From Leucoraja erinacea (taxonomy: Eukaryota): a stretch of 64,000 bases of DNA. The position numbers and the translations under genes are program-made. The stretch is from positions 124,001 through 188,000 of the forward strand of contig NW_026576109.1 in the NCBI RefSeq assembly GCF_028641065.1, read 5' to 3'. Below, piece by piece: positions 38,655 to 52,114 of the stretch (positions are counted from its first letter, which is position 1; each line of letters starts with the position of its first letter). Below the pieces are notes generated by a model that saw only the letters and a list, made by a program, of their open reading frames with translations, had not been told where the DNA came from and did not search any database.

Positions 38655-39518
38655 CAGGCGAATTGATCATGGGGAACAAGGACATGGCAGACCAATTGAA
38701 TAACTACTTTGGTTCTGTCTTCACTAAGGAAGACATAAATAATCTGCCGGAAAAAGCAGGGGACCGGGCGTCAAACGAGGGAGGAACTGATTGAAATCCA
38801 GGTTAGCCGGGAAGTGGTGTTAGGTAAATTGAATGGACTAAAGGCCGATAAATCCCCACGGCCAGATGAGTTCCATCCCAGAGTACTGAAGGAAGTAGCC
38901 GTAGAAATAGTGGATGCATTAGAGATAATTTTACAAAACTCTTTAAATTCCGGAGTAGTTCCTGAGGATTGGAGGGTAGCTAATGTAACCCCATTTTTAA
39001 AAAAGCGAGGGGAAGAGAAAACGGAGAATTACAAACCAGCTAGTCTAACATCGGTTGTGGGGAAAGTGCTGGAGTCAGTTATTAAAGATGGTATAGCGGC
39101 ACATTTGGAAAGTGGTGAATTCATTGAACAAAGTCAGCATGGATTTATGAAAGGTAAATCATGTCTGACGAATCTTATAGAATTTTTCGAGGATGTAACT
39201 AGTAGAGTGGATAAGGGAGAACCAATGGACGTGTTATATCTGGCCTTTCAGAAAGCTTTCGACAATGTCCCACATAAGAGATCAGTATGCAAACTTAAAG
39301 CACATGGCATTGGGGGTTCAGTATTGATGTGGATAGAGAACTGGCTGGCAGACATGAAGCAAAGAGTAGGAGTATACGGGTCCTTTTCAGAATGGCAGGC
39401 AGTGACTAGTGGAGTACCGCAAGGTTCAGTGCTGGGACCCCAGCTATTTACAATATATATTAATGATCTGGATGAGGGAATTGAAGGCAATATCCAAGTT
39501 TGCGGATGACACGAATCT

Positions 39519-39562
<44 letters not shown>

Positions 39563-39828
39563 TTTGCTGTGAGGAGGATGCTAGGAGACTGCAAGGTGAC
39601 TTGGATAGGTTGGGTGAGTGTGTGGCAGATGCAGTATAATGTGGATAATTCTGAGGTTATCCACTTTGGTGGAAAAAAACAGGAAAGTAGACTATTATCT
39701 GAATGGTGGCCGATTAGGAAAAGGGGAGATGCAACGAGACCTGGGTGTCATGGTACACCAGTCATTGAAAGTAGGCATGCAGGTGCAGCAGGCAGTGTAG
39801 ACAGCGAATGGCATGTTTGCATTCATAG
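38655..39828 (+). mobile_element. CR1 RT fragment, 3'-truncated against the GPCR copy 3 acceptor
   Basis: ORF 38814-39509 RT motifs; homology stops abruptly about 12 bp before the splice acceptor. Confidence 0.92.
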
Positions 39829-39841
39829 TCTTCGTTCCCAG

Positions 39842-40754
39842 TGAACCTGGTGGCGATTGCTGTTCTGTACCGGGGAAGGTGCGGTCTTTCCGAATGCATT
39901 ACTCGTTACCTGATCGCCATGGCGACGGCGGACCTCGCGGTGATTGTCGGCGATGTCATATTACATCGGATAGCCGATCTATATTGGTGGGACACGTTCT
40001 TGCTCCACATTACGGCGTGCAGGTTCATGTCCTATCTCGCTTCTGCGGCCGTAGACTGTTCCGTTTGGTTCACCGTGGCTTTCACCTTTGACCGCTTTTT
40101 GGCCATTTCCACGCAAAACCTAAAGAACAGTTGCTGCACCAAGAAAACCGCGATGGTGGTTATCGTGACGCTAAGTGCGTTCTTCAGTTTACAAAATGCT
40201 CCCTGGCCTTTCGCGTATGGTTATTTTCACATGGATAATGAGGGTATAAAGGGTGGTTGCCGAATGGGGATACAATTTTATACTTTGACCACGTGGGTTG
40301 CATTTCTTGGACTGAACAGCTGTTAACACCTGTGATTCCGTTCGGTTTGATTGTGCTGTTGAATGCGCTCACGATCAGACGTATTTTAGTGGCTAGTCGG
40401 ATCTGCAGGAAGCTCCGCGATCTGGATGGTGGCGACGCCGAGATCGGAAACCGCAGACGCTCCGTTATTTCACTCCTCGCGATATCCAGCAGCTTTATGC
40501 AGCTCTGGGGCACAACTGTAGCACATTTCGTTTTCTATCGAAGTGCGAGCGTATATTGGTGCAGGGGATTGATGAATCCATTTGCAATATTTGATCGGAC
40601 TGGGGTTGTCCTGCAGCTGTTGAACACCTGCACAAACACGCTGATTTACACCGTGACCCAGAGGAGGTTCAGAGAGCAGCTGCTCCACGCATTCAAATAC
40701 CCCTTCACCCTAAATGTACGTTTAATAAAATTGAGAAAACATGGTGTAAAATAA
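39842..40754 (+). pseudogene. GPR139-like GPCR, copy 3 (exon 2 only, frameshifted)
   Basis: Full exon-2 homology split over two ORFs by a 1-nt loss near 40303-40306 (GCATTTCTTGG vs GCATTTTCTTGG in copy 2). A truncated CR1 abuts the acceptor. No exon 1 found between 36822 and 39840. Confidence 0.82.
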
Positions 40755-41448
40755 CATACAACCACAAATCCCTTCGTGGGTGAGTGCAACACCTAGGTAA
40801 CGATGAGTTTTCTCTGAATTCTATCCGCATCAATTGTTTAACAAATACCTTCGAAATGCAATCAATACCTGAACGTGTCTCCTGCACTGGAATGCATATC
40901 TGGCCATCAATTTGACATGGGGGACGGGCACATTGTTCAATTGCTCAGTCGGGAGTGTAGTCACGGGGAGCCGTGCGCTATGATACACTGGAACATACAT
41001 TCAATGTCTCTGGACTTGAGTATCACTATTAACTGCTTCCACCTTCCTTTGAATCCAGCGGTAACGCCTCGAGCACGCGATAACAACAGACATAGCGACA
41101 TGGTGCTGAACTTTTCATCCTCCATTCCTTTACTTTCTTTGAAACGTTCCGTGTCTACTTATGTCCATGACACAAAGGTAAACACAATTATTGCTGCAAC
41201 ATTTATTTTAATGGAACTTCCATTTTATTTTTGCTTCTCGCACTGAATGTTCATTCTACTTACAGTAGCCTCATTGCTACTTACAGAGTCTTCCTGTTTT
41301 CATTAACATTACTAACTCTGCACCGGATCCAGGCAAAGGTAGTGGGTATTATTCATACAGGGCGGTAAAGTCAGTTCGTCTGCGTGGTTTGCCAGAGACC
41401 CACAATCGCTATGCATTTATGTCCCATCTCCATTGCTGCAGCGCAGAC

Positions 41449-41767
41449 CAAAGGTCGGGTAGGTTCCGGTTACTACAAAATCAACTCAAACACAGCTTGT
41501 GTTCCATTAAAATAAATGATTTAAAACGCATTAAAAACATAGCAGAGTCAAATTTTATTCTTTAACAAGAATTAACAGAATTATGAATCTAACTCTATAT
41601 CACACACACAAACTGTTACTCCGCAACGTTGATTACACTGCGAGTCGGGTCGGGTCCGGTTACTGAAATGGACGAAAAAAAAGCCCACGCTCCTCTCCGT
41701 AGCGTACTACACGTCAGCCCATTGCATTTCGCAGGAGTGGCCTATCTTGCTCCACTATAGGGTCTTG
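41449..41767 (-). mobile_element. Internally deleted copy of the same P-like transposon family
   Basis: Reverse-oriented homology to ~312-640; flanked by the 8-bp direct repeat GCGCAGAC (41441-48, 41768-75); the left TIR is reduced to CAAAG. Confidence 0.8.
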
Positions 41768-41982
41768 GCGCAGACGCTACAGATCTACCGAGGTGTAGTG
41801 CGAAGTAACTAAAGTGGCGGTACCAGAATCATTGTTTAAAACCTATATCAGTTCTGAGCGATTACGTCGCAAGCATCTTTCACCGTTCTAATCGTAAGCA
41901 TCACGAAGAGGATGAAGCTTAAAAGCTTTGTTCTCAGGATCGAGAGCTTCTTCTGTGTGGTTCCCCTGCAGACGGCTCATTG

Positions 41983-43020
41983 TAGCAATGTTACAAAATT
42001 TTGAGATTTAAAAAATCAAGTTTGTAATTTATCCCATCAGATAAAGCATAAAAAGGAGTTTAATTTGACACCTAATTCACTTTCATATCTCAAGTATTTA
42101 AAAAGTTATGGCCATTTTCATACTCGGAAATTAGCATCTTGTTCCCTATTGATTTTCTATGGACAAGACAAAAAAGCTGTGATCGTGTGCTGTCAAAAGG
42201 CCATAACCTTCTTAAAAATAAAGGGAACTGAATGAAATGTTCAGTTATCGAAGATTGAACCATTCTGAAACAAATATAAAATAATCTTACTTGGATGACC
42301 TGAAATTAAAACATATAATTAGTTAGTTACCCAAGTGTAGCTAATTTCAAACTTCAATTACTAGATCTAAACATCTATCCATTTCTTAATAACTGATTAA
42401 CATTTTTAAATAGCCCAAGTGTCCAAATAATATTCATAAATAATTCACAATAATACATGATTTTGAAATCTCATTTACATTAATTTATAGGCCAACTGGA
42501 AGGAATTTAGTGTTCAATTGCTGTAAATTAAAGTCCATTTAAATCAGCTTTCTAGTGGGTTCCTGTGAACGCGCTGGTTTAGAACGTTCACATTGCGCTA
42601 GATTTGTGCCTCAAATGCCCAGAAATATACTGCGGGATATAAAGAGCCCAAAATTATCTACTCGCAATAGTAAACTTTGTATAAAGGGTTCTTAAGAAGC
42701 CCTTTTTAATGTAAAAATAAGCTACATACCTTCTGTATACAGCTCCATGCGGCCCTGCGGTTGCGTGAGGTCGCGGGTTTAGAGAGTGATTTTTAAACTA
42801 TTATAACTATTATACAAGGCCATAAAAGCTAATAATACCTTTTGCGACGGGGTCTTTCAGCGATTTTTCGTTAATGATTTACTAGGCTGAACATCTTCGA
42901 TTGGAACAGCCTAGTGAAAATCGCGTTTTAATCCGCCCCCCTCTAAACGGCGCCAATATCGCGCACACCCGCAGCGCCAGATTTTCAGCCACGCTTCAGG
43001 TAGGCTTTGCAACATACCTA
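41983..43020. mobile_element. hAT-like non-autonomous DNA transposon
   Basis: Imperfect TIRs TAGCAATGTTACAAA / TTTGCAACATACCTA (TAG...CTA ends); near-duplicated flanks CTCATTG / CTTATTG. Confidence 0.55.
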
Positions 43021-43735
43021 CTTATTGGTTGTTCAGTTACCTACTGAACTAACATGGATGATGAAGTAAGCTTTCTAACAACATATGAACTGATTTCGGG
43101 ACAACATGTATGTTCCTTCTGCTGCTTGTGCCAATTTTGATATTCATGGAAATCAGTGTCCATTTGTAATGAGGCGCCACCTTCCTCAGAAATATTTTCA
43201 TAACTTGGTTTACCAACAAACCCTCCATCCGTCTTCAGTTCTCAATGCCAATAATTCCACCATTCAGGTCCTCGACGGTTTCACCTCAACAGACTTTTCT
43301 TCTTTAAAACCATTTCTGAATGTTCATGTAAGTACCCCGGCCACAAATCAACTTGAGACAATGATCATAACATAATCCTTCCTTGTTTGCTCATGGGGGC
43401 TTTCGGTTTTCAGCATAGGCTGTGGGCCGAGCATCGACAATGTGTCCAGAATTTAACTTTCTTGACCCATGCAACAACATTACATGGCATTTTGCACAGA
43501 TTTAGATAAAATATAATTGGGAAGGAAGTCATATCTCGTCAGTGCCAAAAGTTACACATTAATTAGCTAAACTAATTAGAAAAGGAGATCGAAAAAGTAA
43601 GCGCCATCGCGTGTGCAATGTCCATAATACACGATGGGGAGCAAAAATTCCGTGCTGCTGTCTATTTGAACCATATATTATTATACCATAAATATATGAC
43701 TTGTGACTGTTTTCCTATAACATTATGTATCATTA

Positions 43736-44220
43736 TCTATTATATATTAAATGTCTGTGGCTGCCGCCGTCTGGCGTCCGTCCGGCTGCCTTTCTGCCTT
43801 TTGATTCGTTCCCTCGTGTGATTTCACAATGTCCAATGCCGAAATCTGTCCCGTTTCCTCCTCCCCCTCTACCCTCCCTCCACTCTCCTCCGCCCCTCCC
43901 CCCACCTGTGTGTTTGGGGGTGGCTAATGTGAATGTGCTGCCGCAGCCCCCCCCCCCCCCCCGCAAATGCCGTTGGGTAAACAGACCCAACGGGTCTGCA
44001 CTTTGTCTAGTTATATATTAAAACTCTGTGGCTGCCGCTGTCCGCCGTCCGTCCGGCTGCATGTCTGCCTTTTGATTCGTTCCATCGTGTGATGTCACAA
44101 TGCCCAATGCTCACAGATGTCCAATCGGAATGGATCGCATTTACATATGCCTTTGCACTAGCCCCAGCCCCAGCCCCTGGTGAACGTTCCGTCGTGTGAT
44201 GTCACAATGCCCATTGCTCA
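43736..44220 (+). mobile_element. Non-autonomous Helitron-like element, head-to-tail tandem (unit 1 43736-44010)
   Basis: A|TC 5' end, hairpin CAGACCC-AAC-GGGTCTG just before the CTAG|T 3' end; the 5' sequence (tatatattaaa...tgtggctgccgc) restarts immediately afterwards. Confidence 0.7.
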
Positions 44221-44379
44221 AAGACATTCTTGCCATAGAGGGAGTACAGAGAAGGTTAACCAGACTGATTCCTGGGATCTCAGGACTTTCATATGAAGAA
44301 AGACTGGATAGACTCGGTTTGTACTCGCTAGAATTTAGAAGATTGAGGGGGGTCTTGTAGAATCTTATGTTTCTATGTT

Positions 44380-44690
44380 TCCTTCTCCTCACCCCTCCCC
44401 CTCTCACAGCCATCCCTCTCTCCCACACCCCCTTCACACTCTACCCAACCCCTTTCGCTCTCCCCCCCCCTTCCCTCTACCCCTCTGTCCCTCTTCCACC
44501 ACTCCCCCTACCCCTCCCTCCCCACTCTTCCACTTCTCTCCCCCCCCCCTTCACCCTCCACTCTCCATCCCCATTCTTTCCCCTCTCTCCCCCCACCCCC
44601 TCTCCCCTCCATCCCTCCTCCCCTCCCTCCCCATCCCCCCCCCCTCCCCCACATCTCTCTCCCCATCTCCCTCTCTCACCCCCTACCCCC
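44380..44690. repeat. C/T-rich low-complexity tract
   Basis: Direct observation; source of the Pro-rich spurious ORFs. Confidence 0.85.
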
Positions 44691-45710
44691 GCTCTTCGCG
44701 GGAAGTGATATGCGCATTAAATGTGTTTTGCGTGGAATGTCATAATTCTGGGATCTTTCTGACATTCATCACCCACTCTGCGGCCGTGAAGCCGATGCGA
44801 TGGGTGAATATGATAACATGGACGGTATCAGCAACATTGCTCAAAATGAATATGAGTTCTGCGCGGTTTCATCATGAACAGCGGGTGTGGGGGAGGGGGG
44901 TGGGAGATGAATGGAGAGGCAGTGCATGGGGTGTTTTATGGGCTCGAGTGCTTCTCGGAATCAATGTACCATTTAACAATGCACTTTTTTTCATGCAGTT
45001 AGTTTAGTTTTTCGCCACGTGAAAGCAGGTACAATGAAACGCTTTTGTTGCGTGCTGACCAGTCGGCATAAAGGCAAGACGTGATTACGACCGCGCTATT
45101 TACAGTGTACAGATAGATGGTAAGGGAATTATGTTTAGTGCAATGTAAAGCCAGCAAAGACTGATCATGGATAGTCCGATTTCAGGTATACATTAGGATA
45201 CGAGCGGTTTAAAACGGCACGACTGTTTTTTCAAATATTCGTTGAATATTCTGCTTAACAAGAAGCTTTCGACAATAAATGGGTTAGATGTCAGTTGTCG
45301 TTGCGACATATACGAAGCGCTGGAGTTACGCGATTATGCACTTGAGAGGCCCAACTCTCAGCATTCAGCAAGAGGCGTTGATGTCTGATTTCTGCTAAAT
45401 CGACACATTCTTCATATTAATCAAATATTTAAACGTTTTTAAGAGATTAAATCCGAATATTTATATGTTTCGAGTGTGGAGCTGAACATCTTCCGTTGGA
45501 ACGTTACTAGAGAGTATTCTGAGGTATGCGATATACATTAATTTCGATGGGCAAGGTCAGATAAGGGATAAACAGCAGGGTGTTGTACGTGGGAGGTCGT
45601 GTCTCACAAGTCTGATTGAGTTTTTTGAAGATTGACAAAGAATGATGAAAAGGTCGTAGTTGTTGTAAAAAATGGACTTCAGCAATAACTCGACAAGTCT
45701 GCGCTTGGGA

Positions 45711-47718
45711 GTACCAAAGCGAAGGATGATGCGTACAAATTAGCCAGAAAAAGCAGCATACCGGAGGACTGGGAGAAATTCAAAGATAAGCAGAGGAGGA
45801 CAAAGGGCTTAATTAGGAAAGGGAAAATAGATTATGAAAGAAAACTGGCAGGGAACATAAAAACTGACTGCAAACGTTTTTATAGGTATGTGAAAAGAAA
45901 GAGATTAGTTAAAACAAATGTAGGTCCCTTGCGGTCAGAACAAGGTGAGTTGATCATGGGGAACAAGGATATGGCGGACCAATTGAATAACTACTTTGGT
46001 TCCATCTTCACTAATGAAGACATAAATAATTTGCCGGAAATAGCAGGGGACCGCGGGTCAAAGGAGTTGGAGGAATTGAGTGAAATCCAGGTTAGCCGGG
46101 AAGTGGTGTTGGGTAAATTGAACGGATTAAAGGCCGATAAACCCCCAGGGCCAGATATGCTGCATCCCAAAGTACTTAAGGAAGTAGCTCCAGAAATAGT
46201 GGATGCATTAGTAATAATCTTTCAAAACTCTTTAGATTCTGGAGTAGTTCCTGAAGATTGGCGGGTAGCAAACGTAACCCCACTTTTTAAGAAGGGAGGA
46301 AAAGAGAAAATTGGGAATTACAGACCAGTTAGTCTAACATCGGTAGTGGGGAAACTGCTAGAGTCAGTTATTAAAGATGGGATAGCAGCACATTTGGAAA
46401 GTGGTGAAATCATTGGACAAAGTCAGCATGGATTTACGAAAGGTAAATCATGTCTGACGAATCTCATAGAATTTTTCGAGGATGTAACTAGTAGCGTGGA
46501 TAGGGGAAACCAGTGGATGTGGTGTATCTGGACTTCCAGAAGGGGTTTCAACAAGGTCCCACGAAAGAGATTAGTATACAAACTTAAAGCACAAGGCATT
46601 GGGGGTTCAGTATTGATGTGGATAGAGAACTGGCTGGCAAACAGGAAGCAAAGAGTAGGAGTAAACGGGTCCTTTTCACAATGGCAGGCAGTGACTAGTG
46701 GGGTACCGCAAGGCTCGGTGCTGGGACCCCAGCTATTTACAATATATATTAATGATCTGGATGAGGGAATTGAAGGCAATATCTCCAAGTTTGCGGATGA
46801 CAATAAGCTGGGGGGCAGTGTTAGCTGTGAGGAGGATGCTAGGAGACTGCAAGGTGACTTGAATAGGCTGGGTGAGTGGGCAAATGTTTGGCAGATGCAG
46901 TATAATGTGGATAAATGTGAGGTTATCCATTTTGGTGGCAAAAACGGGAAAGCAGACCATTATCTAAATGGTGGCCGATTGGGAAAGGGGGAGATGCAGC
47001 GAGACCTGGATGTCATGGTACACCAGTCATTGAAGGTAGGCATGCAGGTGCAGCAGGCAGTAAAGAAAGCGAATGGTATGTTAGCTTTCATTGCAAAAGG
47101 ATTTGAGTATAGGAGCAGGGAGGTTCTACTGCAGTTGTACATGGTCTTGGTGAGACCACACCTGAGTATTGCGTACAGTTTTGGTCTCCAAATCCGAGGA
47201 AGGGCATTATTGCCATAGAGGGAGTGCAGAGACGGTTCACCAGACTGATTCCTGGGATGCCAGGACTGTCTTATGAAGAAAGACTGGATAGACTTGGTTT
47301 ATACTCTCTAGAATTTAGGAAATTGAGAGGGGATCTTATAGAAACTTACAAAATTCTTAAGGGGTTGGACAGGCTAGATGCAGGAAGATTGTTCCCGTTG
47401 TTAGGGAAGTCCAGGACAAGGGGTCACAGCTTAAGGATAAGGGGGAAATCCTTTAAACCGAGATGAGAAGAACGTTTTGCACACAGAGAGTGGTGAATCT
47501 CTGGAACTCTCTGCCACAGAGGGTAGTTGAGGCCAGGTCATTGGCTATATTTAAAAGGGAGTTAGATGTGGCCCTTGTGGCTAAGGGGATCAGGGGGCAT
47601 GGAGAGAAGGCAGGTACTGGATACTGAGTTGGATGATCAGCCATGATCATATTGAATGGCGGTGCAGGCTCGAAGGGCAGAATGGCCTACTCCTGCACCT
47701 AATTTCTATGTTTCTATG
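45711..47718 (+). mobile_element. CR1 LINE, 5'-truncated, near-intact RT (ORF 45890-47218)
   Basis: [35 protein letters not shown] motifs; 3' UTR ending in a TTTCTATG repeat tail. Confidence 0.95.
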
Positions 47719-48374
47719 ATGCTCTGGAATGTTTTACCACATGGGATCCAACGAGGGAAATTAGCAGNNNNNNNNNNNNNNNNNNNNNNNNNNNNNNNNN
47801 NNNNNNNNNNNNNNNNNNNNNNNNNNNNNNNNNNNNNNNNNNNNNNNNNNNNNNNNNNNNNNNNNNNNNNNNNNNNNNNNNNNNNNNNNNNNNNNNNNNN
47901 NNNNNNNNNNNNNNNNNNNNNNNNNNNNNNNNNNNNNNNNNNNNNNNNNNNNNNNNNNNNNNNNNNNNNNNNNNNNNNNNNNNNNNNNNNNNNNNNNNNN
48001 NTTATACTTTGAAATAAAACTCAGAAACTCGTTGCGTCAAAGCCAAATAAAGGTGTTGAGTAAATGCTCCTCTGCCAACCACGCTCACATTTGTCGAAAG
48101 AGACACAGAGAAAGCCGAGTTGACGGAATTTTATTTCACAACTTCCTTCCTCTAAGATATAAACTTTGTTCTGTTTCCACTAAATTTCAACAGTTACTTC
48201 CAACAATATGACAATAATATTACAAACCATCAAGCGCAATTGACCCGACCATTTTTTTATTCTAATGTAGACTGAAAATATCCTTTCCTTCATGAACCCT
48301 TCGCAAAATTGTATTTGTCTTGAATATTAATTGAAACGTTGTCTAATTATGTTGAAATGATATTGAATAGTTGT

Positions 48375-49670
48375 CATAAGTCAGTCCCGCCATCCCGGGA
48401 GTTAAGATGGTGAACATAAGCTGCACTCCCTCAATAGCAAGAATGCCCTTCCTCAAATGCGGAGACCAAAACTGCGGTCTCACCAGGATCGCTTTGCTCC
48501 TTTACACACACCCTCTCGCTATGAAAGCCAACATGCCATTAGCTTTCTTCATTGCCTGTTATACCTGCATGCTTACTTTCAGTGATTAATGTACAAGGAC
48601 ATCACTGTCTCGTTAACACTCCCCTTTTCCAAATCTGACACCATTCAGATAATAATCTGCCTTCTTGTTGTTGCCACCAATGTGCATAAACTCACATTTA
48701 TCCACATTATACGGCATCTTACTTGCATCTGCCCACGCACCGAACCAAGTCACCAGGCAGCATCATCGTATTCTCCTCGCAGCTCACACTGCCACCCAGC
48801 TTTGTGTCATCCGCAAACATGGAAATGTTGCATTTAATTCCTTCGTCTAAATCGTTAATATATATTTAAATAACTGGCGTCCCACGACTTAGCCTTACGG
48901 CACCCGACGGGTCACTGCATGCCATTCTGAAAAGGCCCGTTATTTCCTGCTCCTTCCTTCCTGCCTGCCAACCAGTTATTTATGCGTGTCAATAGCCTAC
49001 CTCCAGTACAATGTGCTGTAATTTTGCACACTAATCTCCTGTGGTGGACCTTGTCAAAGCTTTTTTGAAAGTCCAGTTACACCACACCCACTGGTTCTCC
49101 CTTAACCATGCTACTTGTTACATCCTCAAAAATCCCGAAGATTTGTCAAGCATGATTTCCCTTTCATAAATCAATGATAACTCTGACCTATCCTGTCACT
49201 GCTAATCCAAATGCGGTCCTGTTACATCTTTAATAAGCGGCTCAACCACCCTCCCTTCTACCAATGTCAACCAAACTGGTCTATAGTTCCCAGTTTTCTC
49301 TCTTCCTCCTTTATTCAAAAAAAAGTGGGATTACATTAGCTGCCCTCCAGTCCGCAGGAACTAATTCAGAGTCAAAAGAACTGATCACCAATGCAAGCAC
49401 GATTTCTCGGCCCACCTCCGTGGGTACTCTGGGATGCAGACCATCAGGTCCTGGGGATATATCTGTCTTCAGTCCCAACATTTTACCCAACACCATTTCA
49501 TGACTAATGTGAATTTCCTTCAGTTCCTCAGACATGATAGATTCTCGGTCCTCCAATATTTATGGGAGATTGTTTATGCCTTCCTTGGTAAGTACTTGTT
49601 AAACTGGTCTGCAATTCCTTGTTTCCCATTATAAATTCACCTGTAATTCTGACTGTAAGGGACCTACATG
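48375..49670 (-). mobile_element. Old CR1 RT fragment
   Basis: SPGPDGLHPRV and WRAANVIPLF motifs in broken frames. Confidence 0.85.
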
Positions 49671-49980
49671 TATTGAATCAGCTGACATGATGTATCAACT
49701 AATATTAATATTTCAAGCCATGAATTTGCACTTGATACATCGTTAGAGAGCCATAGAGTGATACCTACGGTAACAGCGCTTTGGGCCCTTGTTCATGCCG
49801 ACCAAGATGCCCCTAGTGTCATTTCCCCGCGTCTGTATCATACGCCTTCCGTATCCATATACCTGTCCACATGTGTTTTCAATAAAGTACCTGTCATAGT
49901 ACCTGCCACAACTACTCCCTCTGGCTGCACGTTCCATACACCGGTCACTCCCTGTGCGAAAAAGTGTGTATGCAGTTTAA

Positions 49981-50250
49981 AGGACCTGTCCCACGAGCAT
50001 GCGGCTCCAAGCGGCAAGCGCGACCTAACGTGGTCGCTTGAGCCGTACGACCTCGCATGGCCGGTCCCACTTCGATCGCCGGAGGCGCATGGAGTTGTGC
50101 GGAGCTGGTCCCGACATCGCGCGGGGCTCCGAAAAACTGACCGTGTTCAAAAATTCCGCGCGGCTGCCGGTCCCGCAGCCGCCTCGACGCCGTGTCACTG
50201 ACTCGACCTCCTCGCGGCTCACGCTTCTGGTTTGGTCGCGCTTGCCGGAT
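49981..50250. mobile_element. Truncated Harbinger-like MITE
   Basis: Begins TAA|AGGACCTGTCCCAC; internal inverted pair CGGCAAGCGCGACC / GGTCGCGCTTGCCG; right terminus missing. Confidence 0.5.
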
Positions 50251-52114
50251 GACACCAGAACTTTATGCCAAGATCTAAGAAAAACACATCACCTTCCGCC
50301 GGGGCAAGGCGCAAATTTCTGCACATAACATCCGAGTCTACATCTCTACTAAATCTCTCTTCCTCGTCATTTGGAACACAATTGGGCATTTCGACGACGG
50401 TCTTGATTATATTGTCTCTCGTGAAAACGTTCAAAACTTGAAATGTCAAATCACAACATCGTTCGGTCCAGAACAATAAAATATCCTCACCTATACAGTC
50501 TCTCTCAGGATTGAACCACCACACCAGTCCAGGCAAAAACTTTGTCATGAATACGCTGCCACCCCCAGTTTAATTGTATCATCGCTAACATATTGCGATG
50601 TGAACAACATTGCATGTGCGGTCTCGTAAACGTCCCAGACCAGGTGGTTAAACTCCACTTATATCCAACTGCGTGCGACTCCTGCCGTGAAATAAGCCCA
50701 CACCTCCAGCTGGCTGAGGGGAAAAAAATCTTACCATCCACATTCAAATTTACTCGCGTTAGTTGCAAGCAAATAGTTCATGAACAAGATGGAAAAAAGG
50801 CCCTGTTTCTGTGCTGTGTAACATGCAATTACCACTTACAGTGAGAGTTGGTTCAATATACCCGCCCCTCCCGTGAGGGAGAGTTGGCGCTGCGTGCCCT
50901 TTAAATATTTACTTATTTTAGACTCCTGCCTCTTGTAGAGACCTATACCTTAGGAACAAAATATAATACCTCAATTGATCACCTTGTCATATTTTAATTC
51001 TCCATAATTCCTCCTGTTTTGTTCGCTGCAGAGAGAAAAAGCTTCTGCATTATCCAGTCCATCTCACAATTCGCTCTGTCCAATATTAGTACCATTCGTG
51101 TGAGGAGAGTTGCATACTCCCTAGTTTAAATGGATCCTTAATGAATTATTTCGAAAAATAAGATCCCTGTTCCTGTGCTGTACTGCTCTGTGAAGATTTT
51201 TTTTCCTTTGAATTGCTTAGTTTGAGTGCAGCAAACATGACACTTTTTCCTTAGGTCAAGACTTTCTTCAAAATGATCTATCCCCAAACATGTACCGCCG
51301 GTCAGAGTCTCCTTAACGGATTCAATCGGTTCTATCATCTTGCTCGTCAACATTCGTGATATCTCCAACGGATCAATGCATTGAGAAGATTTCGCCCTAA
51401 TATCTGGAGTAACATCAAAAGCTGTTCACCTCTGTGTTTTATGAATTAACACATGTCTTTAAACATAACCTGTTGATCAAGAATATTTCTAGCCGCTGTT
51501 TATTTCCAGTCAGTTGTCACATTACACATTATATTCGCCTATCCTTTACTTCATGCGGTGCCAACAGTTGAAAGACATTAATGCTGCTGTTGTATCTGAA
51601 TGTATACGATGTCTTCTGGAAGGTTCCCTGTGATTTACATCATTTAGACCCTGCCCAAAAATAATAATCATTCCTTTTGAAAGATCAAATTATTAATGGG
51701 TGCATGTTAAATGAATGGAACGGTGTCTGGAAAATGCATCACAAATGCTACAAATGAAATACTGTATTGCATCGCAGCATGTGTAGACAAATACTACATG
51801 AAATGAATTTTGCTGCATCTGTGTGCCACGCGTTCAAATTTAAAAATAGAATGTGCAGTCGTATTTTACAGTTCCTTTGTTCTGTTGGTGCTCAGCTGGT
51901 GCCTGAGTAGGGAGCGGTCGCATAATGAGTTTGATCGCTTTGCATCACATGGGAGCAAACTATTTGTTCATCGGTCCAAAATAAATGTCCGCGGGGAGGT
52001 GAACGCACGCAGTACTTCACTTTTTTCCAGGAACATAAATATAGCGCTGTTTGACTTCTCACTTTGACTTCCCTAAGTTTTGCACTGCATAACTGCGGAT
52101 GGCTTGAAGGAATA

